Of a stretch of 64,000 nt of DNA, positions 1 through 12,400 are shown one piece after another (position 1 is the first letter of the stretch; every line of letters starts with the position of its first letter). The notes beneath the pieces were generated by a model. It was not told the origin of the DNA, did not search any database, and saw only the letters and a program-made list of their open reading frames with translations. Position numbers and translations under genes: made by a program. This DNA comes from Orbicella franksi. Its lineage: Eukaryota. The stretch covers positions 5,704,001-5,768,000 of the forward strand of contig OZ116709.1 of NCBI GenBank assembly GCA_964199315.1, given 5' to 3'.

Positions 1-91
1 ACTTCTAGTCGCTTCATGCTACAGAAACCGGGATAAGCTCCGGCCTGATGGGCCACTTGGCTCGTATGCAGACTTTACCTTTACCTTTACC
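1..91 (+). mobile_element. 3' end of tRNA-derived SINE family A with (TTTACC)n tail
   Basis: Near-identical to 52700-52773 and 57795-57882 (ctagtc.cttcatgctacagaaaccgggataagctccggcctgatgggccacttggctcg); ends in ctttacctttacctttacc. Confidence 0.8.
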
Positions 92-696
92 AATTTCAAA
101 AGCTATGTATTTGACATTTTATCAGTCACAACAGGCATAGTATGTAATTTGTTTCAATTTGGACACGATTGTTTTAGACAAACACTATAACTGCTTTGAC
201 CGTAGCTAAATTTAAAATTAGCGGTGTCTACTGTCCTAATCATGATATCCCGCGATATCAAGTCACTAAACCCTGATATGGCCATTGCTACGTGCGATAT
301 CGTAGTCACTTGGCAGAAATTGGGTACGGTAGATACTTAATCTACCTTTTTAGGTGCTCTTCGATTCGTTTGGTCCCGCCATGAGTATTTTGGCTCGACT
401 ATGTCTCGCCAAAATAAGAACCATGGCTCGACCAAACTCGCCATAAATACTGCTGAAACTGACCAAAAAAGCTACGTGATTAGGTGCAAATATTAATTTT
501 AATAGCATCTTATACTCCAAATGACAGTTTGATTTGCACTTACAATTGTAAATTCTTCTATTTAATTTGGATAAAAAAAGCTTTATGGCGAGAGATACAG
601 ACAAAAAAAATCTGCTTTAACTGTTGATTGGAAGAAATAAAAAGCGTAAGAACGCAAAAATACCATCAAGATCCTAAAGATTTTGCGACGTTTCAG

Positions 697-896
697 ATCA
701 ACTGACTGCGTGACTGATCCTGCGCACAAACTCAAACACTGCGGTGTGCGCATATACGGGGTAGGAGTGGGGTATAACTTCGACATCAAACAGCTGGAAA
801 GAATGTCTTCTAGACCGGTCAGCGAAAATGTGTTCATTGGTCCGTTTAATAAGTTGCAGTATATCAGAGATGACCTCGTGAAAAGTGTATGTTATG
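697..896 (+). CDS. Upstream gene: exon encoding C-terminal part of a VWA domain
   Basis: tttcag|...|gtaagc, phase 2 to 1; STDCVTDPAHKLKHCGVRIYGVGVG...QLERMSS...KSVCYG resembles the end of V1 ([10 protein letters not shown]...QLDIMAS...NAICLG). Confidence 0.8.
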
Positions 897-1321
897 GTAA
901 GCTGATATCATTTTTTATCATGAGCAAAGTAAACCGTTCTTTTAGACGAGGTATTATATTCTCCTGAGATACGAAAACACATGCTCTTTAATAGTTTTAC
1001 TCAGTCTTATTTTGCTCCTTTTCTTCTTTAAAGACAGTCCTGCAATTTTATCATGCATTTACGTATATGTTTTACCTATTGGCTCTTTCCTTCTACCATC
1101 AGTTGGACATAATTGTCATAATTTTAAGTAGAAAAATTTTCTCAACATTCCGTTTCTTTTGTCCAGTTCCTGACAACTCTGAGATAATTAACCACTCCAT
1201 TTTTTCTCTGAACGAAATGTTTGGTGACATTCAGCAAGTACCCTATTTCTTATAGAGTAGTTTGCAGCTGTTTGAAACAAGGTTCTGCCTATAACTGTTT
1301 TTATCCATTGTTGATTTTCAG

Positions 1322-1390
1322 GCGTTGGTGGTTTCTTGAAGAAGCCTGGGAATAAACAGTGCCTCTGCAAACATGGAAGTAAAAAACCAA
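1322..1390 (+). CDS. Upstream gene: 69-nt GxGG...CLC linker exon
   Basis: ttttcag|...|gtaagt, phase 1-1; GVGGFLKKPGNKQCLCKHGSKKP, similar to the giant-gene exon at 13350-13415. Confidence 0.7.
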
Positions 1391-1872
1391 GTAAGTCATG
1401 AGATTGTACTTCACGGTCTTTAGTCATTTACCATGTATGTAATAAAGCTTAGCGTAAAAGGACATTCAGCAAAGCCGGGGCAGCTTGCCTAGTAAGGTCT
1501 AGTAATTGTCGTGTATATTGCGAGTGGTGTCAGAATGCTCTTGTTAAGGTTGTTTCTGATGAAAATAAATGTTAAAAATAAGAAAACGACGTTGATCAAA
1601 ATCAAACCCCTCTATTGAGGTCGATCTGGGTCGCGAATTGGACATTTCTCAGTAACTGTTATTAAACGATTGCTCAGGCGATCATATGGAATTAACTACC
1701 TTTAAGAACTTACACGAAAAGAAAGGGTATAACCAGTCCTGGAGGGAGTAAGAGAGTTCTTTCTGTTTTCCGGACCTCAATTATTTTAGTTTTTGTTTGA
1801 TGATCATCACACTTACCGTGTAGCTGCAGTCAGACTAATTACAGTTGTTTTTATTATTTTATTATTCCTTAG

Positions 1873-1928
1873 TTTGTAATTCTGACACTTCAAGATCCAC
1901 TGATGAAGAAGTTGAATGTGATCTGTGA
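1873..1928 (+). CDS. Upstream gene: probable terminal coding exon
   Basis: ttccttag| acceptor, phase 1 in frame: ICNSDTSRSTDEEVECDL then TGA at 1926-1928. Confidence 0.55.
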
Positions 1929-1967
1929 GGACACGGGACCAGAAGCTCTTGCTGTTGATAAAGTAAT

Positions 1968-2158
1968 AATAGACCAGATATCGATATATCAATACGGACA
2001 TGGCTCCGTGGCTTTCAGGACAATTTGGTGGTCTTCTCTTTGTATCGAAGTTCTTTAGGTAATTGAGGGACAACACAAACTTGACTGACAAATTTGAAAG
2101 TTTGTCCTGAAAAACTCGGAGCGATGTTATAATTTTGATATATCGAACTTGGCTTATT
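1968..2158. mobile_element. MITE with imperfect terminal inverted repeats
   Basis: Left aatagaccagatatcgatatatcaa; right end reverse-complements to aataagccaagttcgatatatcaa. Confidence 0.55.
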
Positions 2159-5100
2159 TAAAGACGCAGAACTACTTGAAACCGTTTAACTCCTTTCCCC
2201 TCCCACTCTTCCCATCTTCCATTCGCCTCTCTCCTCCCGCACGCTATCGTAATTGAAAATGCGTTATGTCAACTTGTGCCCGGGTATTGATTTTGCTAAT
2301 GAAAAGGCTTTTCAATGTTATCTCATTGTGTTTTGAAATAAAACGGTTTTGATAAAAGCGTATCGTGTTCTTTATAACTTTACCCGGCATTTCCTTTCTA
2401 CGTCGTCCTTTTGCTTTATGTAAAGAGAGATCGAATCCAAGAAGAGTCATCAGTCGTCTGTCCGTCAAGTGGCAGTGAAGACTCTCCCACCCATATATCT
2501 TTCGTTAGCTTTCCACTTCAATTGGAAGTGCGAAAGAGAGCGAATTTTCAGTCCAATTTGAACAAGGCTTGGGGTTTCATTAATCAAAGTGTACATTAAA
2601 AGCTTAGAGTGATTTGTATTCCTTAATGTTTTGCATGTTTGTTTGGATGATGCGATCAAAAAAAAAAAAAAAAAAAAGGCGCTCCCCTGCCCCCTAGGAT
2701 ATGCGTAGATACCAAAGAAATCTCTGGGGAGTGGGAAAGAGGCAATTTCTTATGATTTTCAAAAGGTCACTTGCCTCATGATCAAGAGGAGTTCATATGC
2801 GCCCTCAGCTACCCTTACGCGAAGTTAACAATGAAAAGTGAAATAGATTTCTGCTACTGTCTTTTAGCATGTCATCATATTGTGTCCAGCTGACGAAAAT
2901 ATTGACATCTGAAGGCCACATGGGCTCAATTACCAGCCGCTATTCGGTAAAGGAGCCCGACGTAGACCGGAATCGAGAGAGCGGCGCTCAGGAACTATCA
3001 TTTCGCTTACTTGAATTCCTTTCCCAATATGCGCGCTAACCCCAATAGTCCTCCGTCCTACGGACTTCGCATTAATTAACCATTATATTTCCAGTTAATT
3101 ATTATGTTATATTGTAAAACAGTGGTAATTAATTATTAAAATTTCAGTTTACCGTAACGGGAAAATTTAACCGTTAGCCGTGAAAGCCACTACCCCAGTG
3201 AGACCCTCTTTGTACAGTGCAAGTTGTCGTAAGAAATACAAATCCAGGATTTTTGCCGAGAGGCTAGCTGATCCAATATATCAATCAATATATCAGATGG
3301 TGCTAGAGAGCCGACATGACAACTTTTTGAGTACTCGGAACTATTCGTGCTCCATTTTGATTGGGCAATAATAATTCGGAGGTGTCCGAGAGAGTTTGAT
3401 TCACCTAGCACTTGTTGCATGTGGCTCCCTGCTGATTGCTGACTGAAAGACCTGCCTTGCACGTTCAGACAAACGAAAGTAACCACAAATGACTACAAGG
3501 ACATTTCAATTCTGAAAGTGACGCATAACACACTTGAAAAACGTCAGTTTACAGTTAATCAAACCGAAAATGACTGTTGACATATATTTCGAAGTTCTTG
3601 CCTTACCGACAAGTTTTTAAAAGATTTCAAAAAAGACCTGTCCTTCTTGTAAACATGTGGATAAACATCAAAACATACATGAACGTAACTACGAAAAATA
3701 TTTCTGATAATGTATTTCAAGGCTGTTAGCTACATGGCAAAAAAAACTCAATTTGCAATCCTTTGAAAGATCACTAAGAAAGTAATTTATTAGTAGTGTG
3801 TGGAACAGAACATAATTGACCGTGCATGCTAAAGATGTTACAGGACTTTTCGAATAATATCAGTTGTTTAGATCAAACTGTGCTGGTTGTTTATCGTAAC
3901 TGACCTTTCCTAAGCAAGCTGTTAACAAGTACCAGGTTAAGACCAATATTTTGGAATTAACCCTAAATTGTGAAAGCACCTCTTAATAAATGAAAAGGAA
4001 AACTCTTCCTTTGTTTGCGTGAAAATTCAAATTGCCTTTTAACATGGATTAACGCAAGAAACGGTTTCAGTTTTTATGAGGTAAGTGAAATTAAGCTCGA
4101 GAATTATTAGATTTCAAGACTGTGAAGACGAATTAAAGTAATTTAAACATTTAACTCGCCCGGCTAAACTTTATACAATATACATTTTCAATTATCGTCA
4201 AATTGATTTTCAGTGGTCGGTGGAAATGATTATAATGCAACTTTGGTTCAAAATTGTCCAGAGGTTTGAGCTTTGTCTGATCATGAAATTAACGAGATAG
4301 TAAAGTTTTCGCCGGATTATTTAATGTTTAAAAAATTTATCGAATGGAGAATTAACCCTTCTACCTTGAATTAATAGAGTATAAGTAGCCAAAACTGAGG
4401 AGAAAAGACAGGAAAAGTTAATTGTTAATTTTATTTTATTTTTTCTGTCTAAAACCTCGACACTCATGTTGAAATCTTCGTGATTAAATTCAATATACGA
4501 TATTTTGATATTAAAGGTATTTGTTAATCGAAAACTGTTGCCATTGCAGCGATATTACTTTTGAGAAGTACCTCTGAACACTGGACCTTTTCGATTTTGG
4601 TGTTGATTTAATTACAATACTGGGTGCTATTTCATTGGATATCTAAAATACTACCATTAATTATGATATTGAGTTTTTGCTGCGAGAGAATGAAATTTGG
4701 TCGATGTTCCACTAAAATTATTACATGATTACTGAAGGCCTTGCTTGCTTTTATCATTTATTAACTCTAACTTAATACAATTAATCCGTTTTGTTGTGCT
4801 AGTAAGTGTTAGTATATTGGTGGTTATCGGAGGTCCTTGTTCCAGCTTTGGGCAGTTTCAGTATCTCGCTGGAATCTGTTGATGATCCCAGCAAAGGATT
4901 ACTGGGATTACTGCTGGGACTAGTTTTAAAAGGCTTATTAATAACTCGTCTAACTGAAGTCCATAAGCACTGCGAAGTGCAATGTAAAAAGGAAAGAAGC
5001 ATTGTAGAGACGTGGGATAAACAATGAAACGTTTCCACTCAAATTCGTATCTATCTAACTCATATAAAAATGGCAACAAATGGCATATTTTATCATTGCA

Positions 5101-6130
5101 GCTAAGCTAAAATTTATTTACAGAATGCAATATTGGTTGTACATGGATTGTTTATTAAACCGTGTCTGCAAAATGAAGTTTTTTGATTGTTTTAAATGCA
5201 TCTCATCAGTTTTTTTTTCTTGTTACCTAAGAGTTTATGCTAACGGCTCCTTTCAGTTATGGCTAACGCAGTAACGGAAGATAATTTCGAAACAAAGTGA
5301 AACATGAACATTTACCACCCGCTGAAATTGTCGTCAAAAACTGGAAGGGTGTTTTAGTGGTTTTCTTTTAGTAGAGTAGCTTTATTCTGAGTTTGTGTCC
5401 CTTTAGGATGTTTTTTTATATAAACTGGATCATTGCGTTTGAATTAAAATATAATTCTATTCAAGAGATATGTAGTCGGTAAATAGAGTAATCTTAAAAA
5501 TTTCTAACAACGACTGACATTTATTTTCACCTTACATAACATCAATATAATACTTTGCCAAGTTGAAGAAATCAAGAGTAGAACAGCTAGGAGACATTGT
5601 CTTTATAATGACGTATCAAAAAATTCTTAGAACTAAACTCTAAGGTTAAAAGGTAATAACTAAGGAGAATTAAAATTTCTAGCAAAACGTTCATCATTCA
5701 TGTTTGTTTTCAAAGATCATGAGGCGCCATGTTTTAATTACGTTTTAAAATATACATTAGTTATGCAACACTTTCGAGTGGTATATCTTGGAATATTCCA
5801 TGAGTCACTTGTATTTTCTCGGTACACACACAAGTCTTTATTTTACAACGAGAGAGCATTGCATACATGTAATTAGTATATACCACACAAGTGAATAGTG
5901 CTTTTCGCGCGCTCTAATTGGTTAACTCGGAGGTGATCAGCAAGTACTACTCACCTCCGAGCGGCCGGCGCGAGAGATTGTAAAATTTCCGACCGCTTGT
6001 CACACTTAAAATAACGTTTTGGTCGGCTAATTATTCAGCTTGTGTGGTATATGCTAAAACAATTATTCACCTCAGTGTTGGTGAAAGTGATGGATATTTA
6101 CCTCCACTTCATTGAATAATTGTTAACTAT

Positions 6131-6268
6131 TTTATACCATGCCATAGAACATACAGTGGCCAGCACAATCAACGCGGCGCATGATGGGAAGATTGGACGT
6201 AATACTGTCGAATATACAACGGCTTTCCTATATTTTGATTGGCTCTATTTTCTATGGCATGGTATAAA
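6131..6268. mobile_element. 138-bp MITE with perfect 19-bp TIR
   Basis: tttataccatgccatagaa (6131-6149) and ttctatggcatggtataaa (6250-6268). Confidence 0.7.
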
Positions 6269-6298
6269 TATAGATATATTTTTTACTTCCAGGTGAGA

Positions 6299-6431
6299 AT
6301 GCTCAGCTCTTCGCTGTTAAGAGCGCTATTGTTCTTGCTAGTTACTAGCCATGTGTCTGCCAAGAAAAATAAGACATCCTCCTCAAATCAAGATGTCAAA
6401 AATCAAACTGCGTATAAACGTCAATATATAG
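6299..6431 (+). CDS. First coding exon: signal peptide
   Basis: Acceptor ttacttccag at 6292, ATG at 6299; [28 protein letters not shown]...; donor gtaagt at 6432, phase 1. The acceptor implies a non-coding exon further upstream. Confidence 0.8.
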
Positions 6432-9400
6432 GTAAGTGGTTATTGACTGCCGCGCCTTGAGCTCAGCTGTATTGTCTAGATGTTTTGTTGAGTGTCTTGA
6501 ATGTGTTCAGTCATGTATTTAAGAGGCAACAGCGTAAAAAACTGCATGATTTAATTAACAAAATATCGTTGGTTTTTAAGGTGGTCATATATAAAACAAA
6601 CAAAAAATGAAACTCGAAACAAAAACATCTATGAAGTCATTATTGTAAATGTGGTTTGTAGTTACATGAAATTCAGATTAATTTACTAACCAATTTGTTT
6701 TCAGACTAAGAATCTACACCTTTACGGCCCATAACCTTGCGCTACGGGAAAACAAAACAAGACAGATCACGTGATCACTCAGTAATGTGTCAGCTTTCGA
6801 AAAAGCATGATATAAAACTCAAGTAACTCAGTTTTGAAAAGACATCACATATACCTTTCGAAAAGTAATTATCAATTATCCACTAAGTGACCTTTTCTTC
6901 TTCCAGTGACATTATGTTTGTTAAATTTTCCGCAGCTTATAACTATCCAAACCCTGTAAATCAGTACGGTGCTGATGGTCGTCCTTGTTGTCCGGCCAAC
7001 ACGTTTTGTACAGGTGCGTGACTTTCTCACTTTTCACAGGTGGATTCTTCGTTTGTCCAAAAGTATTTTATTACCACTAAACGCCTATCATGAATAGCCA
7101 ATACTAGCATCGGGGAGGGGGGGGGGGGAGAGGGGGAGGGGAAAGTCTGGTGCATGTGCCAAGTGTGTTTTAGGTCTGCTGCGTTTAGAAACAGGAATGG
7201 ATGCCTTTGAGAGGAAGCTCCCTAACGCCCAGACAGCCCTGGAACTTCCTGTTACCCTGGAGTGATCTATTATAGCTTTGGAGTCAGTGCGGTTACGAAT
7301 AAGTAGAGACGGGGCAATTTTAGTCAGTTCGGTCCCTTCATTCAGATTTACTAAAGAATAAAATGTTGACTCTTTTTCTCTTTGTCTATTCTTTCTCTCT
7401 TTGTGTATTCTGAAGAAAATAAACATTGATACGATTTTCACAGACAAGCCACCATGCCCACCAAGGGAGATGTCGGACTTGCCAAGCGCTCCATTGGATA
7501 CCGGGTTGCCGTTCAACATGGTACCTGGTGGTGTTCAGGTGGCTACACCCCCATCACAATCAGCGGTGCTCTCTGTGCCCATTCAAGATCAGATGGAAAG
7601 GCCGACGCAACCGCAGATTCCATTACACCATAAGCACTCTGAAGATGATAAAGAAAACCAGGAGTTGCAGCCCAACAGGGACCAAGTGTATCACATCAGA
7701 GGAAAACGTACGTATAATGCATCGCAACTTATATACAGTCGAACTTCCACTAACGAACACCTCTCGAGCTCTCTACAGCGGCCCCTCTTAATGGTCCCGG
7801 CCGGCAGTCCATTTAACCTCTAAACAACAGACATCTCTCCACAACGGCAACGGCCACTAAAACTCGTCCCAACTAGCAAAATAACCTCTTGTCAACGGCC
7901 AAAAATGTTGCACCCCACCCCCCCCCCAAAAAAAAACATAAAATAATAATAACAATAATAATAAAAAAAACACAGGTGTCATCCTACCTTTACCTCTCCA
8001 TAACGGCCACCCCTCTGCAACGGCCACTTTCCTCTGTCCCCAACTGTGGCTGTTGTGGAGAGGTTCCACTGTGATAAATTACTTTAGTTAACTTTTTCAA
8101 GACCATCTGTGCTGACACTCAATTGATTTGTCTCATTCAGAATTTAAGAGTCTCGGTTGTTGGAAAGACACATGGGATCGAGCAATTCCTCTGATGGAAA
8201 AGAAACACGCGATGCTGTTTGAGGCTGACTACAAGAAGAGAAGTAACGCCTTGATGAAATGTGCTGAGGCAGCTTTGGACAACAAGTTCACCATCTTCTC
8301 TCTTGAAAATGGAGGCCAGTGTTTCTCTGGGAAAGACGCGGACAAGACTTACATGAAATACGGTGTCAGTTATACCTGCAAAGGTGATATTAACATGTAC
8401 AAGATATCAGCTAGACTGTAGATATAATATATTTAGAAACAGCGGCGAAAGAGCCACTTCTTCACATTGATGAGAAACTAAATGAATGCGTTTTCTTTCT
8501 TTAGCTGATGGCGAAGGAGGGCCTTGGGGAAACGAGGTTTATCAGTAAGTAAAATACTTCCCTTTGGCTTTAATTTGCATTGTAAACATTCTGAACATTT
8601 TTATCGCTGTATAACAGCGCGCATTTCTAGTGACCTTTTGTGAAAGCCTCGTAATTGACCTGTGAAGTTGCCATCACCTATTTCTTGTTCAAAAGCGGGC
8701 CTGGTCCGGAAATGCAAACTTTGTTTTTAAACGGTGGATAACTGTTTTAACTCGTTCTCAAAGGCCTTTGTGTCCTCTGATAGATTCCTCAAAGACAACT
8801 CCTCTGTCACTGCGAAGAGCGACGAAACAGAAAGTGGTATTTCTAAAGAAAGTATCGCCCAAGCAAATCTGACCCCCACGACGGTTCCACCGACGACCCC
8901 CGCGGCGACCCCAACAGCAACCCCCTCAGTGACCCCCACAGCTTCCCCCACAGCAACACCATCAGTGCAGCCCACTACCGGCGCTCCTGAGGTAAACAAA
9001 GTTGAAGTAAACAAGTCGGAAAGCACTAATCCCTGGGCACAGATTCCTGAAGAAAAGTCCATTGATGAAGCTAGGAAACCCGATTTGAATCCCTTCAGAG
9101 ATGAGGTAGAACAGGATGCCGTTATTGCGGAGAATGAGGCAGATAAACAAGCCCTGTTGAACGAAGTTGCTGGTGCGAAGGGAAACAAAACAGAAGTAGA
9201 TGTGGACGAAGAGAGTGACGATGCTATTAGCGAGGAAATTCCATCCAGTCAAACGGATCTAGAAGTTCTTAATGCCCGTCCACCGAGACCCAGGCTGGTC
9301 ACTCCTTTTAGAGGGAGATGCCCTGTTTGCCGTAAGTACGCCTTGCTCTACAACTTCAATTTTTTTACAGATGTCTTTGTTCATGATCCGGCACTAATTT

Positions 9401-12400
9401 TCTCATATCGTAACCGTTCTCGATCTTGTTCTTTTTTGAGTGTTTTTTTTTTTCATCTGTGATGATTTTCACTCTTTATTAAATAATTGGGTTTGTTTTT
9501 TTTTTTAAGATGTCCTTTGATTTTTGTCCTAATTTTCCATCTTATGATATGAGGTTTGTAAGGACTAAGTGAATCGAAAGATGGCGTTTCATAGGTAAAA
9601 GAAAAAAAAAATCAAGAAAAAAAGGAAATTAAATAATAAAAACTATCGTTGCGTAAAAAATCAGTGACAAAATAATAAAATATTGGCAAAGGCTTGGAAA
9701 AAACAAATCATTTTGTTCTTAGTCTTTGCGTCTTCATATCCTGATATTTCGTGACAATCGTTTACTGCACTTCCGTGTTTGGGCAGCGGCTACTTGACCT
9801 GTCACATCTGTCACAGCTGTCACGCTCGTTCTCGCTCGTACTGAATGAACTCAAGCAATCACTGACCGCTTATAGTGCGTTGAATTTCTCGGTTATTTTA
9901 CGGAAAATTGGACGTTTGTTTTAAGTTCTAAGTGGACAGTATCGATCTCTCTAAGCGAGATGAATGGCTTGAGAAATTTCAGAAGAAAGGAAAGGTATTT
10001 AGATTTGTTTATCTCGTCCTGTCTTGATACGAAGTTGTGCACGTGGCGATCGACTTGCCTGCAGTTGCAATGTTCTGCGTGATTTTTTGAGCTGATTTTT
10101 GGGTAATGTTGATACGAAAGTTAAACATCGTTTTGAAGATTATCGTGGTGTAGTAGGAAAAACGGGGTATTGGAAGCAATAATTTTAAAGACTACCTCAG
10201 CCCTTCAGTTTTCATAAAAGTATTTTCACGACTTGCACGTCTGCATGTATATTCTGATGTCGATCGATGGTGTATGGAATTGCCTGGTAAAAGCAGAACA
10301 ATGAGCAAATGAGTTAGGGTAAAGAGAAAAATTGGAATTGATGTATGTAATTATACAGTCCGGTAATCTTTCTTGCAGACAGGCTGAAGTAACGCAATCT
10401 GCAAATGAACAGTGTCATGCTTTGCATACTGATACCCATGAAATGCTAATTTCTTTGTTTATTCTTGATCTAATAATTTTATCGTCGTGTTTTTATGCTT
10501 TACTGTCTCAGTAGATTAACTCTTGATGCCATTATTTTGTATTTTCTTCTAATTATTCAATTGGTTAACATCATTTTGGATGTTGTTTACCAGTTCCCTC
10601 CCTACCCCCTTGTCCAGCCCTTGACCATTAGCAGTAGGCCATTTATGAGTTGCCTTTTGCCTCTGTGTCAAAATGAGTCTTTGAGCAAAACCATTCATAT
10701 CGAAATATGTGCTGCCTGCATGTTCATCGTCTTGCAAATTGAACTCATTTTCATACGAAAGGTTTTGCACATAGACTCACCTTGAAACAGAGGCACAATT
10801 GCCTATTATTTTTTGCCCCCCCAAAAGGGGAAATTCTCTGGGGTGGGGACAAATTAATGGTTCTAACGTACCGGGGCTTAGAACATTCCATGGTTACATT
10901 TTAGTCAGGACGAGAGCATTACATGTCTCCATGTGCTTTTATGTTCCATTGGTCACAACACTGATTGTGTAAAAGTTTCTTTGATAACACTACGATAGTT
11001 GCTCTTGAATTATTATTTTGCGCAGTTTTTACAGTGAACAAATTATGTACTTTTACTGTTACAAAATCTTTAAGTAATAGGCCAGTTCCCAGTTACCTTT
11101 TGCCTCTGTGTCAAAATGAGGCCTCGTGCAAAACTTTTCCCATGAAATTGAGATTGATTTGCATGAAAATGAACATACAGTACAGTTTATTTTTCATAAC
11201 AATGGTTTTGCACAAAAACTCGTTTTGACATAGAGGCAAAGGGCAACTCTTAAATGGCCTAATAAAGAGGATATACTCAATAAAATTGTTGCATGTCACT
11301 GAAAATTTAAGACATATGGTATGACCCTAATCTGTAACAATCTGCCACATTCGAGACTGCCTAATATGCCACATTCGAGACCTGAACACCACAAGGGTGC
11401 CAAATTTTCTGGGCCAGGGTTGTCCCCACGATGAGGGTAGGCAAATAAATGCTTGCCTCTCCCCTGTCCCCTGGCAGTAAAATAAAATTCCAACTGCCCC
11501 ACCCCTGGGAGCAAATGCCTGGCTATGGAATCTCTAACAAACTTTATTTTCTTTTTTCTAGCAACCTTAAAGCCTACAGCTCCGATGAGTAAGTAGGATG
11601 CCATAATAATTGTTATCTTGAAGCCCTAACAAAGAAAACTGATGGTTGGTTATATATCTTAACACTTAAGTTTCATCTTCGGTAACAATAAAACTTGCTG
11701 AATAATAAACTGGGAGCTTCAAACTACGTAACTGCCCAAACGCTGGCATATGGGTATTGGATGGTTGTATCACAGCAGTTACATACAGGGTTTGTCCTTT
11801 AGGCTTATCACACAATTTTCTCTTCCACCTTTTGGTAGGTCAAAGAGAAGGGTGAATTGTATGGCATTAACCAAACAGGAGTCTGTGTTTGGGGCTGCTG
11901 TAGGTCCCCGGTCACCTTGTGAGCCTGGAACGGACTTTAACATCCATTTCTTAGAAAAAAAAACTCACCAAAAAATATCCCACAGCAATGCAACATGCAA
12001 ACTTATAGTTTCTTATCTGAAAGGAAAGTTAAAAGAATTTAGTCAGGGGTTTCAGTTTTGCCCACCTTTGGGTCAACGTTTGGTGAAAGACTAAGCCAGA
12101 TCCTTTTCAAATCGTAATTTTTATTTTGAGCTAGCTAGGAGCTTGTTTTAATAAGTATTTGAGCGAAGGAGTAAAACCGGCAGCACCGTGCAGTGCGACA
12201 TACAGTATAGTTGTGGTCACAGGCTAATTCTGGTCTCTCTGGGACCAAGTGAACCTTTTGCCATATATAGGTGTCTGTATTAAGGAGGGGACCGTGAGGA
12301 GAGGTTTGATTGTTTTTGTTTGTTTCTCAACAGCCTGCCACACAGCCATAGATCTCGCTTTCCTGATCGACGGCTCCGCCAGTGTCGAGCGATATGGCAT

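Noticed and set aside
1873-1928. C-terminal ECDL as an ER-retention signal
   Set aside because: It is not a canonical KDEL/HDEL variant, and the exon itself is only moderately supported.
4799-5274. Short ORFs and a TATA-like motif upstream of the giant gene
   Set aside because: No recognisable protein features or clear donor site; the promoter and 5' UTR exon cannot be placed from sequence alone.
7111-7141. G-run with G-quadruplex potential (also C/A runs at 7913-7934)
   Set aside because: Intronic low-complexity homopolymers with no supporting evidence of function.
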